A DNA stretch of 64,000 nt from an uncultured Bacilli bacterium (lineage in GTDB: Bacteria > Bacillota_I > Bacilli_A > RF39 > UBA660), in assembly GCA_934101175.1 (NCBI GenBank), contig CAKOQC010000001.1:276882-340881 (forward strand), written 5' to 3'. Shown here piece by piece: positions 1-10,061 of the stretch (positions are counted from its first letter, which is position 1; each line of letters begins with the position of its first letter). Both the position numbers and the translations under genes were made by a program. Under the pieces are notes generated by a model. That model did not search any database. It saw only the letters and a program-made list of their open reading frames with translations, and was not told where the DNA came from.

Positions 1-309
1 TTTATATTCTTGATATAATCTATTATCATAACCATAATATACATCATTCTGTTTATATACTCCTACTGTTTTATATAATTTACTTTTAAAACTTAAAAGT
101 TTTTCCCTAAATGGAAAATTATCTGCTATGTAATTATCTAATTGTGACATAAATTTTCCTGAAATTATATTTTCAACATTTAATACGGGAAACTTTGTTA
201 AATATCTATTTTCATTATATGAAAAGTCTTTTTTGGGTACTAATAAGAGTATTAATACTATTCCAAATACTAGTATTGAAATTAAAATTGATATTACTTT
301 CTTCATTTT
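1..309 (-). CDS. DHHW-family protein (AlgX/AlgJ/DltD-like partner of MBOAT), 5'-partial at window edge
   Basis: Minus-strand ORF starts with ATG at ~309 after an AGGTGA RBS and translates MKKVISILISILVFGIVLILLLVPKKDFSYNENRYLTKFPVLNVENIISGKFMSQLDNYIADNFPFREKL. It has a signal-anchor N-terminus and lies immediately upstream of, and co-oriented with, an MBOAT gene. This is the typical MBOAT-DHHW pair. It continues past position 1. Confidence 0.45.
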
Positions 310-315
310 TATCAC

Positions 316-1698
316 CTAAAATCTAAAATATAAGAATGGATTATAAGAATCACTACATAACTGACATATACAAACAATAAACAAAAATATATAAGCAATT
401 ATAACCATTGTTTTAATAGTTTTTGTTTTTTTAATTTTATTAACTATTGGTATTGAGAATATTATTCCACTAATTAAAAATATCATATAGTTTTTTATAT
501 AAAATATAAATTCATTATCTATAATATTGGAATTAGCAAATATTTTAGGAATGTATTTTTGTAGTAATGTTAAATCATCACAAAAGAAGATTAACCATCC
601 AATTAATATTAAGAATAATGCATATATGTGTCTTAAAACTTTAGGTAATTTCTCTATAAATTTTCCAATAAATAATTTTTCTATTATTAGTATAATTCCA
701 AAATATATTCCCCAAATGGCAAAATTCCACGAAGCACCATGCCAAATTCCTGTTAATGCCCATACTATCATTATATTCATTAACCATCTATATTTTTTTA
801 CTCGATTTCCTCCTAGTGGTATATATACATAATCTCTAAACCAAGTAGATAAAGTTATATGCCATCTTCTCCAAAAGTCTGTAATACTTGTTGATATATA
901 TGGATAATTAAAGTTTTTAGGAAAATAAAATCCCATCATTTTTCCCATACCTATTGCCATCGTAGAATAACCATTAAAATCAAAATATATTTGTAGTGCA
1001 TATGCTATTATTCCTAACCAAGCGGTAAGTAATGAAATATTAGAAATATCACTTATTATTAATGAGTGTAAGTGTCCAACATTATTAGCTATCAATACTT
1101 TTTCAAATAGTCCTGTTAGAAAAATAAATAATCCTTCTGAAAATGAATTAAAATCAATTTTTCTACTCCTTAATTCTTTTGCTACATCTTCATATCTAAC
1201 AATAGGACCTGCAACTAATTGTGGAAACATCGAAATATATGTTAAAAAATTTAAAAAACTCTTCTCTACTTCTACTTTGCCTCTATATACATCTATTGTA
1301 TAACTCATAGTTTGAAAAATATAAAAACTTATTCCTAATGGAAGTGCTATATTTAATACATTAAAGTTTAACCCTAAACTATTTAAATTATCTATTATAA
1401 AGTTCGTATATTTAAAAAAGCATAACAACGCTATATTTAAAATTACACAAATAATCATAACCCATTTTTTAATTTTCTTGTTATCGTTTTTATATATTAT
1501 TAACCCACATATATAATTTAGTAATGTTACAAATATTAATAAGAAAATATATTTAGGTTCTCCCCAAGCATAAAATATTAAACTAAATATTAATAAAACA
1601 ATATTTTTAAATTTAAACGGAACTATATAATATATTAATAAAAATATAGGTAAAAAAATAAAAATAAATAGTAAACTGCTAAAAAGCATACATATCAA
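316..1698 (-). CDS. MBOAT-family membrane O-acyltransferase (AlgI/DltB/PatA-like)
   Basis: 460 aa polytopic membrane protein. The conserved MBOAT histidine is present (FWRRWHITLSTWFRDYVYIPLGG), and the protein is paired with the downstream DHHW protein. Confidence 0.8.
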   Translation of the reverse strand: MICMLFSSLLFIFIFLPIFLLIYYIVPFKFKNIVLLIFSLIFYAWGEPKYIFLLIFVTLLNYICGLIIYKNDNKKIKKWVMIICVILNIALLCFFKYTNFIIDNLNSLGLNFNVLNIALPLGISFYIFQTMSYTIDVYRGKVEVEKSFLNFLTYISMFPQLVAGPIVRYEDVAKELRSRKIDFNSFSEGLFIFLTGLFEKVLIANNVGHLHSLIISDISNISLLTAWLGIIAYALQIYFDFNGYSTMAIGMGKMMGFYFPKNFNYPYISTSITDFWRRWHITLSTWFRDYVYIPLGGNRVKKYRWLMNIMIVWALTGIWHGASWNFAIWGIYFGIILIIEKLFIGKFIEKLPKVLRHIYALFLILIGWLIFFCDDLTLLQKYIPKIFANSNIIDNEFIFYIKNYMIFLISGIIFSIPIVNKIKKTKTIKTMVIIAYIFLFIVCICQLCSDSYNPFLYFRF

Positions 1699-1858
1699 AC
1701 TCCAATCACTTGTTATAAAAATTAGTTCTTATTTCAAAAAACAAATTATCTATCTTTACCAAACTACGACACATTAATGACATTATATCAAATAATTATT
1801 AATTTGTCTTTATTTTCATTATAAAAGTTTTCTCTATAAAAAAATATCTCATTAATTT

Positions 1859-1938
1859 AAATACATTTTTCATACGAAGTCTAGGTCTAAATAAAATTAA
1901 ATACATTTTTCATACTTTGACCAGGTCTATATAAAATA
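1859..1938 (+). repeat. Two tandem 40 bp direct repeats upstream of the pilB-like gene
   Basis: The sequence aaatacatttttcatacgaagtctaggtctaaataaaatt is followed immediately by aaatacatttttcatactttgaccaggtctatataaaata. A TTGATA-N17-TATAAT-like promoter lies at ~1963-1995. Confidence 0.6.
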
Positions 1939-2026
1939 AAAACAAAAATCATACTTTAGTGCTTGATAAAAAAATAAATATATTATATAATTAAGAAAAG
2001 TAAAATAAAAAGGAAAAGTGATATCT

Positions 2027-3316
2027 ATGCAAAACAATATAGATTTTATTAATACACCAGTCGTAGACGTCGTTAATCGTATTATCTTAGACTCTGCTAA
2101 GATTGGTGCTAGTGATATTCACTTCGATCATACAGACCATTGTCTAAAAGTAAGAATAAGAATAGATGGTGTTCTAAATGATTATGCTGATATTCCTAAC
2201 GAAGTAAAAAATAATGTTATTACTAGAATTAAAATCTTATCTGGAATGAATATTACCGAAACAAGACTTCCTCAAGACGGTGCTATTAAAACCGAACTTG
2301 GTGGTCTAAATCTAGATATGAGAGTTTCCTCCCTACCAACTAAAAAGGGAGAAAAAATCGTAATAAGAATATTAGATTATTCAAGAAGTTTACAAGGTAT
2401 TGAATACCTATATTTTTCTGAAGATAATTATAAAAAAGTTATTAAAATGATAGCAGCCCCAAACGGTATTATCTTAGTAACGGGAGCTACTGGTAGTGGT
2501 AAATCTACTACCGTATATTCCTTCTTACAAAAGTTAAATGTTAAAGGAACAAATCTAATTACTGTTGAAGATCCCGTTGAAATGGATATCGAAGGAATTA
2601 ATCAGGTTCAAGTAAATAGTGATATCGGACTAGATTTTGCTACTGTTTTAAGAAGTATTTTAAGACAAGACCCCAATGTCATAATGATTGGAGAAATAAG
2701 AGATAGTGAAACTGCTCAAATAGCTGTAAGAGCTGCCATTACTGGGCACTTAGTACTATCAACACTACACACTAATAACTCCCTAACTACTATTGAAAGA
2801 TTATTGGATATGGATGTTGAAAGATACTTATTAGCATCAGCCTTAACTGGTATCGTATCTCAAAAACTAGCTCGTAAATTATGTGATAATTGTAAAAGAG
2901 TTAGAGCCACTTCTTCTTATGAAAAAGAAATGTTTAAAAAATTTCTAAATTTAGATGTAGAACAAATTTATGATGCTGTTGGTTGTCCACATTGTTCATC
3001 AGGATATCGTGGACGTATCGCTCTTCAAGAAGTATTACTAATCTCTCCAGAAATAAGAGATGCCATCAATGCTCGTATACCTAAAGCTAAGTTAAGAGAA
3101 TTAGTTTATAGTAGTGATGTTATTACTCTACTACAAGATGGTCTATATAAAGTAATTGCTGGACTTACTTCAATAACTGAAGTAATCAAATTAACTGAAG
3201 CTGATGATGAAGTTAATGCAGAAGAAAAAATTAAAAATACTATGATGACTGAAGAAGAAAAACAAAAAGAAGAAGACATAATTGAAAATCAAATAGAAAA
3301 TGCTTTCCAAGAATAA
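2027..3316 (+). CDS. Type II/IV secretion-family ATPase (PilB/GspE-like), short form lacking the N-terminal domain
   Basis: Walker A GATGSGKST, Walker B region VIMIGEIRD, and a tetracysteine motif CDNC...CPHC. The track ORF starts at GTG 2018. ATG 2027 has better spacing from the AAAAGGAAAAG RBS. No pilC, pilin or pilM genes are adjacent. Confidence 0.8.
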   Translation: MQNNIDFINTPVVDVVNRIILDSAKIGASDIHFDHTDHCLKVRIRIDGVLNDYADIPNEVKNNVITRIKILSGMNITETRLPQDGAIKTELGGLNLDMRVSSLPTKKGEKIVIRILDYSRSLQGIEYLYFSEDNYKKVIKMIAAPNGIILVTGATGSGKSTTVYSFLQKLNVKGTNLITVEDPVEMDIEGINQVQVNSDIGLDFATVLRSILRQDPNVIMIGEIRDSETAQIAVRAAITGHLVLSTLHTNNSLTTIERLLDMDVERYLLASALTGIVSQKLARKLCDNCKRVRATSSYEKEMFKKFLNLDVEQIYDAVGCPHCSSGYRGRIALQEVLLISPEIRDAINARIPKAKLRELVYSSDVITLLQDGLYKVIAGLTSITEVIKLTEADDEVNAEEKIKNTMMTEEEKQKEEDIIENQIENAFQE

Positions 3317-3433
3317 AAGCATTTTTCTTTTACATTACTCTAAACAAACTATCACACATAAAAAAGTCCTTATATTAATACCTCTTATCAAATAAGACAT
3401 ATTTATAAAGACTTTTACTATAAACCCTATTAT

Positions 3434-4132
3434 CTATAATTCATCATTTTCTTCAAGTAATATTTCTTCTATTTTTTTATACTCATACTTCTTAATATTA
3501 AACTTAGTAACTATATCATTAATACTACTATCAACTTTCTTCTCAGAACTCTTCTTAACAATAATATCAAAATTAATCGTATCTTCATCTACTTTAAAGT
3601 TATCCGTATCTATAGCATCATCATCTTTAAACATATCATTAATATATTTAACTACATCTTTATTATCAGTAGAAAAACTTACCCTAAATGTTTCCTTAGT
3701 AGCCATACTAGTTGTTCTATTATTAATAATTTTATTTACTTCTCTTAATACAATATTTGCAAAAAGAACAAATAATGCTCCAACAATAGCTTCTTTAATA
3801 AATCTTCCTGCGCATAACATTCCTATTGAAGCATCACACCATAAAGTAGCTGCTGTTGTAAGTCCACTTACTCTATTTTTCTCACTATTCTTAACAATAA
3901 CTCCCGCACCAAGAAAACCTATTCCTGTTACTACCTGTGCCGCTACTCTTGATACATCTAATTGATATCCTGTTATTAAGAAAGAAAAACTAACAAACAT
4001 ATAAGATCCTATTGCTACTAAAATCATCGTTCTAAGTCCTAAAGATCTTCTACGATATTGTCTTTCTATTCCTAATATAAAACTAAGTATAAAACATACT
4101 GATATTCCTATCACAAAATCTATAAATTCCAT
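3434..4132 (-). CDS. mgtC: MgtC/SapB-family membrane protein
   Basis: N-terminal MgtC signature (GIERQYRRRSLGLRTMILVAIGS), 4-5 TM helices, and a C-terminal soluble domain. Confidence 0.7.
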   Translation of the reverse strand: MEFIDFVIGISVCFILSFILGIERQYRRRSLGLRTMILVAIGSYMFVSFSFLITGYQLDVSRVAAQVVTGIGFLGAGVIVKNSEKNRVSGLTTAATLWCDASIGMLCAGRFIKEAIVGALFVLFANIVLREVNKIINNRTTSMATKETFRVSFSTDNKDVVKYINDMFKDDDAIDTDNFKVDEDTINFDIIVKKSSEKKVDSSINDIVTKFNIKKYEYKKIEEILLEENDEL

Positions 4133-4401
4133 CTACTAAACCTCTTTCCTATTATCATCTAATATTATATCATACACAAAACTATATTCGCAATATAACA
4201 ACTTAAAATTTATAATTTTATCAACTATCAATCTAACTAAATATAATAAAACTCTAAAAATATCTTCATTATAAAAATACATTTTCTAACATAATTACTA
4301 CTATCTATATATCTAATTAATTTATCTAAACTAGGCTAAATAACGGAACAATTTATCTTACATTGAGTAAACTATAATAGATACGAAAAGGAGGTATCAT
4401 T

Positions 4402-4617
4402 ATGTATTATTATGGAGGATACTCAGGAACAAATAGCGGTTGCGGTTGTGGCACTTCTTCATATCAACAAGGATATACATACCCAATGTACGGTGGATAT
4501 GGATACGGTTCTGGATATGGCGCTGGATACGGATATGGTTCTGGAGCTGCTATCGTATTAGTATTATTTATTTTATTAGTAATAATCATCGGTACACGTA
4601 CATTTGTAACTGCTTAA
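4402..4617 (+). CDS. YjcZ-like small sporulation protein (Gly/Tyr-rich with a C-terminal hydrophobic tail)
   Basis: 71 aa: MYYYGGYSG...GYGYGSGYGAGYGYGSGAAIVLVLFILLVIIIG. It has a strong RBS (AAAAGGAGGT) and a rho-independent terminator downstream. It resembles the Bacillus/Clostridium YjcZ family. Confidence 0.5.
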   Translation: MYYYGGYSGTNSGCGCGTSSYQQGYTYPMYGGYGYGSGYGAGYGYGSGAAIVLVLFILLVIIIGTRTFVTA

Positions 4618-4625
4618 TAAAATTA

Positions 4626-4648
4626 AAGGGAACTCTTCCCTTTTTTTT
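4626..4648 (+). terminator. Rho-independent terminator after the yjcZ-like gene
   Basis: The hairpin aagggaa-ctc-ttccctt is followed by a T8 run. Confidence 0.7.
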
Positions 4649-4685
4649 CATTTTGTGATAAAATACTTCTGAAAGAAGGGATATT

Positions 4686-5234
4686 ATGATTAAAACTTCT
4701 GATATATTAGATGAATCTGATAAAAGAGTACGTGCTAAAAATAAAGAAGTAACTTTTCCTTTATCAGCAGATAAAAAGAAATTAATTAATGACATGTTAG
4801 AACATTTATATTATTCTCAAATTGAAAAATTTGCTGAAAAATATCATTTACGTCCTGGTATGGGACTAGCAGCTCCTCAGCTTGGTGTAAATGAACGTTT
4901 CTTTGTTGTATGTCATGAAGAAGAAGAAGGCGTATTTAAAAATTACATCTTAATTAATCCTAAGATGATTTCTAATTCCGAAGAATTAATATATGCTTCT
5001 GAGGGAGAAGGTTGTTTAAGTGTCAATCGTGAAGTAGAAGGTATTGTTCCAAGATATGCTAGAGTTACTTTTACTGGTTATGATATTGATGGTAATCCTA
5101 TCAAGATTAGAGCTCGTGAAGAATTGGCTATTGCTTTCCAACATGAATTAGATCACTTAAATGGAATACTATTTGTAGATCACATAGATCCAAAAGATCC
5201 ATACAAAAATAAAGATTATATGCGTGAAATATAA
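4686..5234 (+). CDS. def: Peptide deformylase
   Basis: All three Def motifs are present: GMGLAAPQ, EGCLSV and HELDHLNG. Confidence 0.9.
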   Translation: MIKTSDILDESDKRVRAKNKEVTFPLSADKKKLINDMLEHLYYSQIEKFAEKYHLRPGMGLAAPQLGVNERFFVVCHEEEEGVFKNYILINPKMISNSEELIYASEGEGCLSVNREVEGIVPRYARVTFTGYDIDGNPIKIRAREELAIAFQHELDHLNGILFVDHIDPKDPYKNKDYMREI

Positions 5235-5302
5235 TCTTTTTTCTTTAGGTAATAACATATTTTCTCTTTTTTAATATAATAATATGAAAGGAAAGTGAAA
5301 TT

Positions 5303-5500
5303 ATGTATCCTATGAGAAATAGAATGCCCGTAAGGACTGGCGATAGATTTATTGGAGGAGGTTTCTTAGGTCCATTCGTTCTAGGTGGTATTACTGGTGG
5401 TCTTCTTGCTCCTGCTTTTTATCCAAGACCATATCCATATCCAGTAGTTCCAGCTCCATATCCACCTTATCCATATCCTCAATATCCTATAAACTATTAA
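5303..5500 (+). CDS. Small Pro/Tyr-rich protein (possible spore-coat-type low-complexity protein)
   Basis: 65 aa with a C-terminal PYPYP/PYPPYPYPQYP repeat and a good RBS (AAAGGAAAGTG). Confidence 0.35.
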   Translation: MYPMRNRMPVRTGDRFIGGGFLGPFVLGGITGGLLAPAFYPRPYPYPVVPAPYPPYPYPQYPINY

Positions 5501-5639
5501 TAGTATCATAAGTTTTAATTCTACTTAAATATATATTTTACATCTATAAGTAAATCTTCATATAAATATTTCATATTTTTTTAAATAAATTCCATGCAAT
5601 TTTTGTAAATCTATGGTATAATTATAATTAGGTGAGAAT

Positions 5640-6164
5640 ATGAAAAGTAATTATATAATTGAATATGTTAATGAAAATGAATTTAGAAAGAAAGAAAGAG
5701 CTGTCAAGAAATATAATATGTTAGCATACAAAAAATTACTATTTGATTACTATCCAAGCCTTCGTGAAGGAAATTTTCAAGGTGTATTAGTATCTTCTAA
5801 TGAAAAAGATATGATTGATAAGTATGAATTAACATTACCTACTGATAAGACTTTCACTATGGTTCATGGTAATATTACTCTTCATTATTCAGTCTATTTA
5901 AATCAAAAGATTGTCATGTTAGAAACCTTAACTCCAGAAGAAATATTAACTGAAGGTCATCAAAAAGAACTAACTACTTATAAAGGTGTCATGGTATCTA
6001 AATCCCATAAAGAATTAGATATGTTTAAAATAAATCTTTTAAATAGTATGAATAAGAATGGTTTCTTTAAATTAAATAAGTTATCTATCTGGATATTAAG
6101 TATCTTATCTGTTATCTTATTAACAATAATTACTATCTTATCTGTAAAAGCTATAATTAAATAA
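5640..6164 (+). CDS. Hypothetical protein, paralog A1 of 39669..40097, with an extra C-terminal TM anchor
   Basis: Residues 4-140 are ~65% identical to the 142 aa protein at 39669..40097. Examples are NYIIEYVNENEFRKKERAVKKYNMLAYKKLLFD and LTEGHQKELTTYKGVMVSKSH. A C-terminal hydrophobic helix is added. Confidence 0.4.
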   Translation: MKSNYIIEYVNENEFRKKERAVKKYNMLAYKKLLFDYYPSLREGNFQGVLVSSNEKDMIDKYELTLPTDKTFTMVHGNITLHYSVYLNQKIVMLETLTPEEILTEGHQKELTTYKGVMVSKSHKELDMFKINLLNSMNKNGFFKLNKLSIWILSILSVILLTIITILSVKAIIK

Positions 6165-6193
6165 CCACTAAGTTATATAACCTAGTGGTTTTT
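6165..6193. terminator. Bidirectional terminator between convergent genes
   Basis: The ccactaag...cctagtgg hairpin is followed by ttttt. Confidence 0.5.
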
Positions 6194-6195
6194 CT

Positions 6196-6774
6196 TTATC
6201 TAATTATATCCTTCTCTTTATTCATATCTATATATTCTTGATATTTAATAATAATAGAACGAACACTTCTAACAATCACCGATAATGGTTTATTCATTTT
6301 TTTAGCTATACTTCTAAGATTAAAATATCTTCCTGACATATCTGTTATAAATTTAATAATCATCTGTTCTTCTTCAGTAAATAAATATGCTATCTCATCA
6401 AAATTATCTTTATCTATACTAAACAAAAGATTAACTTGCATACTTTCTTTTTTATTAGCTAATTTATCTTCTAAATTATCTCTATTCCACTTTGAATATT
6501 CCGGATTAGCTAACATTCTTTGCATCTTAGGAACTACATAACTATAAAAATTTCTACTTATTACTTCATCCCATTTTTTGCTTCTAACAGGATTATCGAA
6601 ATCATCTCCATATCCAAGATGTACATATTCTCTTTCTAGTGGTGACAACTTTGATACGACTACTCTTACCCTTTCTTTAAATTCTTGTGGAACCTCATCA
6701 GGTATTCCCTCATCTTTATTTTGCCATAGTAATTCATATATTCCCTTTACTTGCTGTTTATTTCTATTCTCCAT
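6196..6774 (-). CDS. Hypothetical protein with sigma-70 region-4-like HTH segments
   Basis: KLSPLEREYVHLGYG resembles the sigma region 4.2 motif. A second HTH-like stretch lies near the C-terminus. No region 2 is present. Confidence 0.3.
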   Translation of the reverse strand: MENRNKQQVKGIYELLWQNKDEGIPDEVPQEFKERVRVVVSKLSPLEREYVHLGYGDDFDNPVRSKKWDEVISRNFYSYVVPKMQRMLANPEYSKWNRDNLEDKLANKKESMQVNLLFSIDKDNFDEIAYLFTEEEQMIIKFITDMSGRYFNLRSIAKKMNKPLSVIVRSVRSIIIKYQEYIDMNKEKDIIR

Positions 6775-8845
6775 ACCTTACCTCATTATAATCATTATCT
6801 TTAGTAATTTCTTGATATAATTCCTGATATTCATCTTTATTATTAAGTATTTCTGGTAATAATTCCATAACATCATCCCTAGCTTTCATAAGCATCAAGG
6901 CATCTTTTCTAAAATTAGCTAATTTCAAATTTAAATCTTTATCTCCACTTTGTTTAACTCCATTAAGCATACCACCGCCACGGTTCTTAAAGTCATATTC
7001 ACTAATTTCAAAACCATCACTACATTTTTCTAAGAACTTTAATCTTTCTTGATATTCTTTAGCAATTAAAATACAATAGCTTTGAATATCACTTCTTCCT
7101 ACTCTACCTCTTAACTGATGAATTGTAGATAATCCAAATAAATCAGCATCAAATATAACAATCATACTAGCATTAGGAACATTAACTCCTACTTCAATAA
7201 CTGTTGTAGATATCAATATATCAATATCTCCCTTTTCATAAGAAGCCATTATCTTCTCTTTCTCATGGCTATCCATTTTACCATGTATTGAAGCTATCTT
7301 ACTAACCTTACCAAACGCCTTATTCATCTTTTCTTCTAATTCTACTACATTCTCAATTTCTTCATTATCATTATCAATCATCGGAGCTATTACATATATT
7401 TGATGTTTCTTATTTAATTCTTCTAACATCATTTCAAGTACTGAAGTAATATCTTTCTCTCTCTTAAAATAAGTAATAACATCTAATCTACCCTTAGGTT
7501 TAGTCTTAATACTAGAAACATCCATATCGCAGTATATTGTAAGAGCATATGTTCTAGGTATTGGTGTAGCACTCATCGATAATACATCAGGACTAATACC
7601 TTTATTCTTCAAGTTATTTCTCTGATTAACTCCAAAACGATGTTGTTCATCTGTTATTACTAATCCTAAGTTATTAAATTTAACATCTTCTTGAATTAAA
7701 CTTTGTGTTCCTATAATTAAATCTACCCTACCATCTCTTAATTCTTCTAATATTTTATCTTTATCTTTTTTCTTAACTGAAGAAGTAAGAAGTTCTATTT
7801 TCATATCTGTATCTTTAAATATCTTTTTAGCATCTTCATAGTGTTGTTTTGCTAATATCTCTGTAGGTACCATCAAAGCTGTTAAGTATCCTGATAAATA
7901 ATTAGCATATGCTCCTATAAAAGCTACTATTGTCTTACCACTACCAACATCTCCTTGTAATAACCTATTCATCTGCTTATTACTTTCCATATCACTAAGT
8001 ATCTCTTTAATAGAACTAATCTGATCTTCAGTAAGCTGATAAGGTAGCCCTTTAATAAACTCTTCTATCTTCTTATTATCTATCACTCTTTTAATAGCAT
8101 TCTGATTATTACTTATAATCTTCTTTAAATAATTTATTTTTAATAGATACATAAATAATTCTTCATATTTTATTCTTTGTCTAGCTTTTTTAAGTAAAGT
8201 AACATCTTCTGGATTATGAATTTGTACTATTGCTTCATATTTACTTAATAAATTATATTTCTCTTGTATCTTACTTGGAAGTAACTCTTTAGGTTTATAT
8301 CCTCCCATAATAGCTGAAGTAATATATTTAGAAATACTCTTTTTAGATAATCCATTTGTAGTATAATATATACTCTCTATTTTAGGAATTGTAGGTAACA
8401 TTTCTAATCTAACATCACTAGCTATTATTGTATTCTTAATTCTATCATATTTTCCTATTACTGTAATTCCTCTTCCTGATTTTAAATTATCCATAAGATA
8501 TACTTTATTATATATACTAATATTTAATATATTATGTCCTGAATTAATTCTTAGTATTATCTTCTTTAATTTAGGTGATAGGAAAATCACGGTTGGTTGT
8601 CCTTCTACTATTCCGTCTACCACTACTTTATCTCCATCTTTTATTTCTTGTAAGTTACTTTTTTTAAGCATTTCATATCTATATGGGTAATGTTCTACTA
8701 AATCTTCTACTGTATATATTTGTATTTTTTCTAATAATTCTTTTGTTTTAGGGCCTATCCCATCTACGCTTTCAAGCTCATTTGTTATTACTTCTTTTTT
8801 TTCTTCACTATACTTCTGAGTTACTTCCATAATATTACCCTCCAA
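6764..8845 (-). CDS. recG: ATP-dependent DNA helicase RecG
   Basis: 693 aa with a wedge domain plus SF2 helicase motifs (LLQGDVGSGKT, DEQHRFG). Confidence 0.9.
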   Translation of the reverse strand: MEGNIMEVTQKYSEEKKEVITNELESVDGIGPKTKELLEKIQIYTVEDLVEHYPYRYEMLKKSNLQEIKDGDKVVVDGIVEGQPTVIFLSPKLKKIILRINSGHNILNISIYNKVYLMDNLKSGRGITVIGKYDRIKNTIIASDVRLEMLPTIPKIESIYYTTNGLSKKSISKYITSAIMGGYKPKELLPSKIQEKYNLLSKYEAIVQIHNPEDVTLLKKARQRIKYEELFMYLLKINYLKKIISNNQNAIKRVIDNKKIEEFIKGLPYQLTEDQISSIKEILSDMESNKQMNRLLQGDVGSGKTIVAFIGAYANYLSGYLTALMVPTEILAKQHYEDAKKIFKDTDMKIELLTSSVKKKDKDKILEELRDGRVDLIIGTQSLIQEDVKFNNLGLVITDEQHRFGVNQRNNLKNKGISPDVLSMSATPIPRTYALTIYCDMDVSSIKTKPKGRLDVITYFKREKDITSVLEMMLEELNKKHQIYVIAPMIDNDNEEIENVVELEEKMNKAFGKVSKIASIHGKMDSHEKEKIMASYEKGDIDILISTTVIEVGVNVPNASMIVIFDADLFGLSTIHQLRGRVGRSDIQSYCILIAKEYQERLKFLEKCSDGFEISEYDFKNRGGGMLNGVKQSGDKDLNLKLANFRKDALMLMKARDDVMELLPEILNNKDEYQELYQEITKDNDYNEVRYGE

Positions 8846-8949
8846 TTATAATTATATTATAACATTATTTCTTTTCATATGTCTACCCCTCATGTAAACT
8901 AAATGTAATCGATTTATAAATTAGAAAAACTATATCGCTTTTGATATAG

Positions 8950-9996
8950 TTAAATTTCTTCAGTTATCTTTATACATTCATTCATAATACTTCTAAGTAA
9001 AGTCATTATATTATCTTTAGTAATACTTACTTTAAAATCACTAATATTATTATCTATTCCTTCTATTGTAAACATTTCGTCTTGATAATAATACATTCCT
9101 TTAGCTATAAGTTCATTAAACTTCTGATATAAATATTTATTAGGAATAACTATTTTCTCCCATTTAGCATGATTTTTATCACTTATATCTTTATTATTAG
9201 CAAATGAATATAAATCAGTTATCTTAATATTATCTATCTTAAAATCTCCCATATTAATATCTTTTAATATACTAACATCTTTAAAGATTAAATATGTCAT
9301 CATTATAGGTATCATTTCATAAGAAGATATCTCTTTATAATTACCCTTCTTAATCATATCTATAATCTTTTTAATAATCTCTTTATGTTCTATCTTATCT
9401 GAATTATATATATCTTGATAATTATCTATATCTAATAAGTAATCAAATATCTCATAGAATTCTTCTATTTTTATCCTAAGTCCTCTATCTATTCCTATTA
9501 TATATAACATATCATCATCTATATAATAATTACTCTTAAATATAATATCTATTATTTCTTTTCTTCTAAAGTTATCTTCCTCATAATAATTCTCTTTTCT
9601 CATCTTAACTTTTGTCATCTTGTCTATTAATTTAGTTATCTCTTTAGCATCTTTAGAAGTAACAATCTTAAGTATATCTAACTTATCTTTATTATATTTA
9701 TCTATTATTTTATTATTCTCTTCATATAGTAAATCTATCTCTTTAAGTATCTCTTCTATCTCTGTATCTTTTCTCTTTAATTGTATCTTAACTTTATAAT
9801 TATTTACTCTTCTTAAGAAATTATCTATAATTAGAAATTCTTCTTCATATATTTTATCTTTATAATTATGATTATTTAATGATAGTAAAGAAAGATAAAT
9901 ATTAATTTTTAATAATTCTTCTTCCTCTTTGTCATCTATTACTTCTTCTTTATTAAGTAATTGTAATAAATATTTATAGTAGGTATTTACTTCCAT
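8950..9996 (-). CDS. Hypothetical acidic Lys/Glu/Asp-rich protein downstream of cotE
   Basis: 348 aa with no recognisable motif. Confidence 0.3.
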   Translation of the reverse strand: MEVNTYYKYLLQLLNKEEVIDDKEEEELLKINIYLSLLSLNNHNYKDKIYEEEFLIIDNFLRRVNNYKVKIQLKRKDTEIEEILKEIDLLYEENNKIIDKYNKDKLDILKIVTSKDAKEITKLIDKMTKVKMRKENYYEEDNFRRKEIIDIIFKSNYYIDDDMLYIIGIDRGLRIKIEEFYEIFDYLLDIDNYQDIYNSDKIEHKEIIKKIIDMIKKGNYKEISSYEMIPIMMTYLIFKDVSILKDINMGDFKIDNIKITDLYSFANNKDISDKNHAKWEKIVIPNKYLYQKFNELIAKGMYYYQDEMFTIEGIDNNISDFKVSITKDNIMTLLRSIMNECIKITEEI

Positions 9997-10061
9997 ATCT
10001 ATCTCTCCCTAGTATATTAATTATACTAAAAATAGTTACTACTAGTCAAGAAAAAAAGAGA

